Shown one piece after another: positions 37,801-46,800 of a stretch of DNA of 61,618 nt (position 1 is the first letter of the stretch; every line of letters begins with the position of its first letter). Source of the stretch: a virus (taxonomy: Duplodnaviria; Caudoviricetes); the IMG/VR virus record IMGVR_UViG_3300002179_000003, positions 1 through 61,618 of that record. The stretch is one strand, 5' to 3'. Below the pieces are notes generated by a model. It ran no database searches. It was not told where the DNA came from and saw nothing but the letters and a program-made list of their open reading frames with translations. The position numbers and the translations under genes are program-made.

Positions 37801-40800
37801 CCCGAACATTCCTTCCGGGTTGTCTTTCAGTTTGTCGCGTTCTGATTTGCCGTAAGTGGCCTGTGGTTCCATTAAACCTTCGTCTGTCTGTGATGTGTAA
37901 TTCCATCGTGTTTTGTAGTTTGAAACGACATCAAGCAAAGTGATATCTGATTTAGCTAAATCTTCTTTAAGGTTTCGAATACCTTGATATTCCGGATGTC
38001 CAATAATTCTTGTTCCTGATAGTATTACTCCTGATGCTCCAAAACGTCCAACATATCCCTGTAATTCTGTTCTTAGTGCATCTATGGATTTATTTGATCT
38101 AAAATCAACATCGGATAGGTGAACGTATGCCTTAATATTATTACTCCTGTCCAGAATTATTGCACTTAGTTTATTCCCTTCACTGAATCTTTGTGCAGAA
38201 ATAAACGCCGCAATATCTCCCGAGTGTTTAATTTTTTCAGGCAAATATGTGTCGGTTTTAAAGACTTGTTTGTCAAAATTATAAACCTTATAGTTGTTCT
38301 GTGAGTTATCTTTTGATTGTGGTCGGTCATGTATTTCGTGACTTTCTTTTCCTTCTCTAAATGTGGCATATTTGCCCGTTTGAAGGTTAATAATGATGTG
38401 TTCGCCAATAATATCACCATAGGCATTAACGGCTCTCTGGTGTACCTTGATATCACTTTCCGAATAATTAAGGTTTCCGGAAGGATGGTTGTGAATTAAA
38501 TAAACTTTATCAGGAGAAAATCTTGAAATACCATCCGAAATAACATTGTAATTTACCAACGATGCCGAGCCAGTACCCATTGATATATGTACAATGGTAG
38601 GTTTACCGTCTTTCACAAAAGCGGCAAACATGTTTTCAATACCCTTACTTTCGAGGTTTTTAAATAGGTAAGCTACATCATCGGTGCTTTCGATACGGTT
38701 ACGTCCATCAAAAACAAAGTTCTTATCAAGCGAATACTTTTGTTCAACAAGAGAAAACTCACCTTCATTTAATCGACGTAAGACGGGGTTGGATGCTCTA
38801 CTATCTTCCCGTTGTATGTTTGTGTCTCCTGATCCGTTGTCTGTATCGGAAAAGAGGGAATACTGTAAGGTTTCACCGGAGTTGGTTTTGTAGGTTCTTT
38901 GTGGTTGTGCTGTTTCATTATTATCTATGTTTGATATTCCAGTATTAAAATGTTCATTTTTGCTAAAATCAGGTACAATTTTATTGCCTGTTTCACTATC
39001 TACAATTGCAATGCTAAAACCTGCACGGGTTAGTTTGGGTAAAAAGTTTTCAAGATTAAAGTCTGTAAAACCAGTAGTAACGACACCACCGTTCATAGTC
39101 CTTGTCAGTGTTGTGCCTATACTACTTGCAACTCTTTCAGCATTATTCCCAATAACTTCATAGAACCCTCCAACTTTAAGCAATACAACTGAATTCGGAT
39201 ATTTTTCTTGTATCGAGTTGTAATTACCATATACGGAAGATGGTTCGTTAAGTTGCGAATTACCTTCAATTTCATTCTTAAACCGGATAGCATCGTCTTT
39301 AGTGTTGAATAAAAATCCTTTTGAGAACTTATTCCATGGTCTTTGTTTGCCAAATGGATTGTTCCTTCTGGCAACCAATGACATATTATCGTAATCATCT
39401 GAGCGGCCATTGATCTTGACGTTGTAAAGTATCTGCCCGGTCTGTGTGTGCTTGAATTCTTCAACTGAAAGTAATTTGGTTCCGGCTGATTCTACTGGTG
39501 TAGGTTTTGAAACTGGTGTTTCCTGAATTTGTTTCTGAACCGGGTTAGGTGTTACTGGTACTTCTCTTGGCTTTACATTTGCTGCTATTTCAACGTTTAC
39601 AGAAGTATTAAACTTACCTGACATGTATTGCAACACACCTTCCAGATTGCTTTCTGAAATTGCGCCTACCATACGTCCACCCATCTGCCTAAAGTCACGT
39701 CCAATAACCAAATCACGCAATCCGGCATCAAGAAAATACATTCCTCCGGCTTGTTTTGACAATGGAACATCTATTGCATATCCGCCTGAATTTTGCCGTC
39801 CAATTCTTACATTACCAGATATGTCGGTAAATGGTTGACCATTTCTTATTTCATCAAGTTTAGTGATGATCTGAACACGCATTTGCTGTTCGTTCGGCTT
39901 ATAGTTTTCAGGAAGTAAGATACCTTCTTTGATATTTCCGTCAATATCGGTATATGCAATTAACTGACCTTCATTTCCGGCAAATGCCTGAAGTATATTA
40001 CCGGTAATAATGTAGCCTGTTCTGCGGCTTTTGGTAGGTATCTTTTCATCCCAATTATCCAAAGTTGTTTTAATGCCAGATCGCATCTGCATTGTTTCAG
40101 CATACGAAGCATTTAAGAAGTCGATCTTTGATAATGGAACTTCGATCTTTCTACGACTGTCAAGTGTTGCAAAAACGGCTGTAATAGTCGAAGGATTCAT
40201 TTTGTCACCAATCTTGTACCCCATCAATACACCTTCCGAATAAGCGGTATTAAGCGAAACATCTGAAGTATTTGGCACCACGACAACCTTTCCGACCGAG
40301 AACATATTGAATACCCTACGAATTCCATCTGCCTTTCGCCGAATTTTATCAACCCTGCCTACAAGTGCTGTGTCATGAATATTCTGGCTTGTATTAAGGT
40401 AATTTTCAAGCATTCGTCCGCGTTCTTCCGAATCAGTTATCTTCTGTTTGTCGAATATTTTATTAGCCTTATCAATCCTTGCTTTTTCTTTTGAATTATA
40501 ATCGTCATTAGATTTCTGAATTTCAGTTTCGATCAAATCATTCGAATACTTATCCAGTTTTTCAATCAATCCGTTCCGATATTCAACCTGATCTAATCCG
40601 TCAGTATGTTTTGCAATCTCTTTCAGGATTTCCTCTGACTTCAATGGTTTTTTAAGCACATCGATTTCAACCTTTTCACGGTAACTATCCTGAGCAAATG
40701 GATTATCTCCGCCCTTGCCCTGAACAACAACAACCTTTTCTTTTGTTTCTGCCCTTAACGGAAGCGTGGTTATTTCAAGATCATTCGAATTGGTGTCGTT

Positions 40801-43800
40801 AAGGTAATTTATCAGGGTATTGTACTTCTCGGTTATTTCATCGTAGAACTTTTGTTGTTCGTTGATAGGTAACAATGCCACACGCCCGGCAATTTTCAAA
40901 GCCGCGCTTTCCGGTGCAACAAACGACTCAATGTCTGCCTCTGATTTGCCCTCGAACTTCATCGGGTCCAGAAGCTTCTCGTTCAGTTCTGAATCTTCTT
41001 TTAAGTGGTCAACGCTTATTTTGTCCCCGTATTTATTCAGGAAGTCAACGATCTCAATTTCATTGGTCTTTGATTTTTGGCTACTGGTAGTATTTGCATC
41101 CAATGATTTTAGCTTTACCTTAAACATCATTGTCATTCGCTGTTCTGCCGGAATGGGACTGAGAATGTATCGGTATGCTCCACGCACTACTTGGCCTGTC
41201 CGGTCAATACGTCCACGCATCTGAACCTCTGTATTAACATCAAGTTGAGTTTGCGCCGACAACATGATACGCTGCCTTTGGTCTGCAACTTTTTCGGAAG
41301 CATGAAGAGATATTCCGGTAGATGCACTTTGATTTATAATCAGCGCGTCTAATTTACCTGCGTTAAAATCCCTGGTTAATTTTTTCTTATCGGTGTTTGT
41401 GCGTTTCTGTATTTGTGCTGTTCCGTCCGGATTAAATACCAGTTCGTTTGATCTTCCGGTCATTTCTCCAATGGAGTACCCTGCTTTGGTTACGGCATCT
41501 TTAATAATATCAATCGGACTGATTGAAATACCAACCGACATATTTTTAATGAAATCTTCAATCTCATAATACCTGTCCTGTGCATCTTTGGGAAGATCAG
41601 CAACCGTTAATACTAAGTTTTGATGATCGCCCATGCCATCGGTTTCAGTGAACCGGAATAATCCATGCAGTCCCTTCATTAGGGTAGTGGAAAAATCATA
41701 GTTTGATATTTTTTCTCCAATACCTCCAAGTTCATTCATAAAACCTTCCATTGTGTTGGCAACCGCGATAACCGGCCTTCTGCCTGCCTTTAGTTCTTCA
41801 ATCGCTTCATTGGCAATATTCTTAGCTTTTAATGAAAAAAGTAATTGCCGGGTAAGGTTGAATGTTTTGCTGGCAAACGGCACGTTATTGATACCAAAAT
41901 CAGATGTTCCGGCTGTATGTTCTGCCCCGCCCTGCATTTCCGCAAGTTCTGCGTTCTTTTCTTCAATAATCGGATCAATGTATTCCCTTTGAAATTGTAT
42001 CAGGTCATTAAATACCTTTATTGTCGAATCGTATGCCTTAAAATGAGTATCGGCATCCTCGATAGTTTTCCAGTCAATTGTCACCCCGGCAAAATCTCTT
42101 TCTCTGCGGATCATCTGACCGGACTGAGTAAGGTTTTTTGACATGATCTCCTGAAGTGGTACTCCACCCGTTTTAATGGCTTCAATCAGTTCGGCATTAC
42201 TCATGTTTGTATCGCTCATGGCTGTTTTCATGGCGTAAATAGGCATATTGTCTGCCCTTTTAGCAAACGTGCCAGACAAAAACACCACTCCCTTTACTGA
42301 TGGCATAACCCCTGTGAGGAATGTTCCGGTATTTCCTTCGCCACCGGCATTATGGCTTTCGTCAAGAACTAAAATATTATCCTCTAAAATGGTAGAAAAG
42401 AAGTCTTTCTTTACACTTGGCTTTCCGGCTGCTGCATTTAACTGTGAATAGGTCAATACAGCATAGTCGTAATTCGATGGGATAGAATTTCCCTGAAAAA
42501 TAGGTCTCTTAATTGCTTCGCTTAACGGTGTGTAAATTACAACCCCATTTTCATCAACAATTGTAGGATCGCTTTTCTGTCCTTTGCTGTTAAAAATAAA
42601 TGGTTTCAGGTCGGCACTACCAATGTCGCGTAAGTCCCGGTAAATATCACTGAAAAGATGCGCTTTCTCTGTTACGAATATTGGTTTCTTTCCTTGCAAA
42701 TGTGCATAGCGAAGTATGGCAGCTGCTTGTCTGCCTTTTCCGATTCCGGTCATATCGCCAATAATCAACGCACCGTCATTTTCTATCTGATTTATGGCCA
42801 TAGCTACACCATCAATTTGTTCGGCTGAAAGTGCATTGAAAAGTTCGTCTTTGGAATTGTACCCTAACTTGATACGGGTGTATTCGTCAATATCTTTAAA
42901 TACTGACAATACGTCTGATAATGTTTGAGCAACATTTGTTGGTACTACCGATCCTATTTGTGCTGATTTACTTCGGGCGGGATATGGTGATTTTTCTTTA
43001 GTTAAATCAATCTCTACCTTGTCTCCAGCCAGTTCGTCAGGTCTGTTAAGAAGCTTAGAAGTGTCTTCTGGTGGTATTCCTCCTGCACCTTCCATGTTGC
43101 CGGGATCATCATTCCCTTGGTTTCGTTCAGGAGTATCTGAACCTCGTCCGTTTCCATCATTAGGTTTAGGAGTTCCTTCTGATCTATTGGTTGGTCTGTC
43201 ATTTCCAGCTTGTCCATTACCTGGTTGATTGCTACCTGTGGCTGTTCCATTGAAATCAAGCGTTCCAGTTCTTTCCGGAGAAGTTGTTCGTCCATTTCCT
43301 GAGCGTGATCCAGTTCCATTACTGTTGCGGTCGGGAATTTCTGGCTGCAAAATATTTTTTTCATTGCTTGCTTTATTTACTCGTTGTTGTAATTCATCAA
43401 AAGTAGTTACAATATCTGTGTTTGTATTCTTTTCAAGTGGAGCGTAAACCCTGATGTTTTCTGTTCTCTTTCCGTTGATCAGAATTAATGTTGTCGGGAA
43501 GGAAGTACCCTGTTTTGAGTACAATCCCCCATCCATACTTATTACGTCAGAAACATTATAAAAGTTATATAAATAGTTGAAAAAAGCCTTTTTACCGGCC
43601 AAAGTTCCATTTTCTTTATATTTTGTGTGTCCTCCAATGATGATGCTGGCCCTTCCTTTATCTGAAAGGTTCTCCAAAGCATTAACAACCATCTGTTCGT
43701 CAAGTCCTGAAATCTTATAACCTTTGTAATCTCTGGCTTCACTTTTACCGAAAGGTGGGTTTGTAATAACTGCATCAACAGGTTCGATATCAAATTCAGT

Positions 43801-46800
43801 TGTACCGTCCTGATCGGTAACTTCCTTAAATCCTTGTTCTTTCAAGTTTTCAAGTCTGATAACATCTATTTCGTTTGCTGTAACAATCTTTGGATCAACA
43901 TTGAATACCATCATGCCATTTCCGGCTGAAGGTTCAAGTAACGACTTAGGATTAATCGCGTTTACAAACTCCCCGGCCATAAACGACATTGGAAGTGGTG
44001 TTGAGTATTGCTGTTTTTCAATCCGTTCACTGCTTCTCATTGAAATAGTGGGCTGAGAATTGTACAGTTCAACAATCTGTTTGAATTTTTCGTTTTGCGA
44101 AATGTCCTGAGAAACAATCTCCCGCGCCTTACTGATTATTGCAAGTTCAACGTATTCCTGAAGGGTAGTGTCTTTAATATTTGTAAGTCCGTTTTCTGCG
44201 GCAATCTTCCGGATAGAAACAATATTCAGTTTGTCTGTTCCAAGTTTTGATTTAATGGTATCGACAAATCCCTTTTTATTTCCGGGTTCAACTGGTTTTA
44301 ATGCCTGTTCGATATTCAGTTTCTTGACTTCGTTGTAGTCGGTCATGTTTGGCTCGTGTTGTTCCATGCCCGGAAAATCCCTGATACCGTTGTAGATTGA
44401 TTTTAGGTATGGTTTAATTCCATCACCCAAAGCATCGATCATACTTTTAGCATAGTCAGAGAAAGCTGTTTGTCCTGATTCAATAAAATATCCGGCCACG
44501 GTCTGAGCATCAGATAAATCTGAAAGGCTTAATTTTGCCGGGATATTATTTGCATAAGGTGTTTCAGGTTCGCTTACTATATTCTGGTCGCCACCAAGTT
44601 TCTTTTTCAGTCTTTCAATTGCTGCCATTGCATCGTCCTTTTTAAAGACGGTTGTTTCTGGGTTAACTTCAACTGACTTCCTTACCCGATTCTCTTTGCT
44701 TTTTTGCTGGAGGGTTTCGAAGATGGGTTTTTTCTCTGGTTTTGCTTCTGGCTCAACAGGGGATTGTTTCTCAACCAAATTAGCAGGAATATCAAGTCCT
44801 GCATCATTAAGTTCTGATATTCCCTGTTCTTTGGTTATTTCTCCCGATTCAATGGCTCTTAAAATGCCTATTTTTTGCCTTTCTTTCAGTGAAAGCTTAT
44901 CCCATCTCGGAAATTTATCAAGTAAATTTTGATAGTCTTCTCTTTTGAAATTATCAAATTGGCTCATATCCATCTGATAGCCCATCTTGTGAAGTCCGGC
45001 TTTTTCTAAATCAATACGACTTAAAAAATCATTCTTTTCTTTTGCTGAAAGTTTCTTTTCCTGAACTTCTTTTTTACCATCGCTTAGTACTTCGGTAAGG
45101 GGCTTTGAACGGTCGAGTTCTCTTTGTTTAAATTCTTTTTCTTTCGCAATCCGGTCTGCCTCTATTCTTGCGGCCATTTCAGGATTGTTTTCTGCATTTG
45201 TTCCATCAATTGCACTAAATACATCGTCTTCTGTTCGGCTTAAATCAGAATAAGCATTGTTTTTTTCGTCACTTTCTGAATTTCCATATTTCTCTTTTAG
45301 TTTATCTCTCTCGGCACTGAAATAGTTTGTTGCTATGTCATATAAATCATCGGGATTTTTTGCCTCTGAAACAAACCGAATCATCAAATTATTAGCGTCA
45401 ATTCTATTTTTATTTCTTGCTACAACCACATCGCCCTTACCAAACAACCCCTCATTGTCTTTTTTATGAAAATCAATTGCATCTGTTTGCCAAGGTTCTT
45501 TATTCTCTGATTGAGGAATAATCGGAATTACCGATTTTTCTTTTCCTTCAACTTCGCCCGGAACTCCTGGCTCACTTCCTTGTAGGTTCTGCCCGATCTC
45601 ACCATTTCCTTCTGGATTAACTGGTCTGTCAGGTTCAATGCTTCCTCCTTTGTCAATTTTTTGTCCATTGTCTGTGGGTTTAAATAGTTCAATTAATTCA
45701 TTTTCAGTTGGTAAATTACCATTTTCATAATGGTTAGTCCATGCTTCAACTTCAGATTGTCGTTCTTCATCTTCATTTTTAAGTTGTTCGGCCAACCATT
45801 CTTTCGAATAACCTTGATTTGGGTCTTCGGAATACTTGGAAAGTAATGTTTTCGCCATTGCAATAGGTGAATTGTGGGTGTTGATCACGTCCTCAACGGC
45901 ATTATGTACATCCATTGGACCCAATCCGCTCTTAATTGATTCGGGTAAAGATTCCTCGATATTGTGGGCAATCTGGGCTATTGTCAATCCATTCTCATTT
46001 GAGGTGTATGACATTCTGGCCAAGCGTTCCCCGTTATTATCATTAAACTTCTTCAGGATATCATCAGACTTTACTAACCCTCCGTTAACAAAATACTGTA
46101 ATGCCAAATCTTTTAAGTCGGTCGGGCTTACTTCAATCTCCTTGGCTTTTCCTGTAATGGAATTGGTTTTTGGCTGAGGTACTTTCGCGGTCTTTTTAAT
46201 AACACCAAACTTATTGATGTTTTCGTTTCCTACTTCTTTGACAGGATGCTCTCCTGATCCGATACCCTTATTTCCTTCTCCAATCCCTCCGGGTAATACG
46301 ACTGGTTCGTTTCCTGACTGGATAAGCTCATCGAAAGGGCTAACTCCTGCTGGAATGTCATTTCCTCCGCTTCCGTCTGTGATAGGTTCCCCTGTTCCAC
46401 TTGTTCCTGTAATTCCTCCTTTATTTCTGTTTCCATTTTGTAAATTATTTTGATTAATTTCTTTTTCAAGTTTTTTATTTTGTTCACTTATTGGAGTTTC
46501 CAAAAGTGCATCGAACTGATTTACATCATTTTGCGTTGTAACTTCGGGAACTTTTTCTTTATTTTTAGTTTCAATGTTTATATTTCTGGAAACTTCTGGC
46601 GTTGGTTTAGTCTTTTCGATGGTTCCGTTTTTGTCGAATATTCTGATCTGGTTACTCGCGTTCTTTTCAGTCTGGTAACCTAACTCTTTGGCCAGTGATG
46701 TGATCTGCTTTCCGGTTTCTTTATTTTCACGGCTGGCAGGTGTGGCGTTGTGCTGATCAACTAAGTCCAATAACTTATTTGTAACTTCTGCTTTAGGTAC

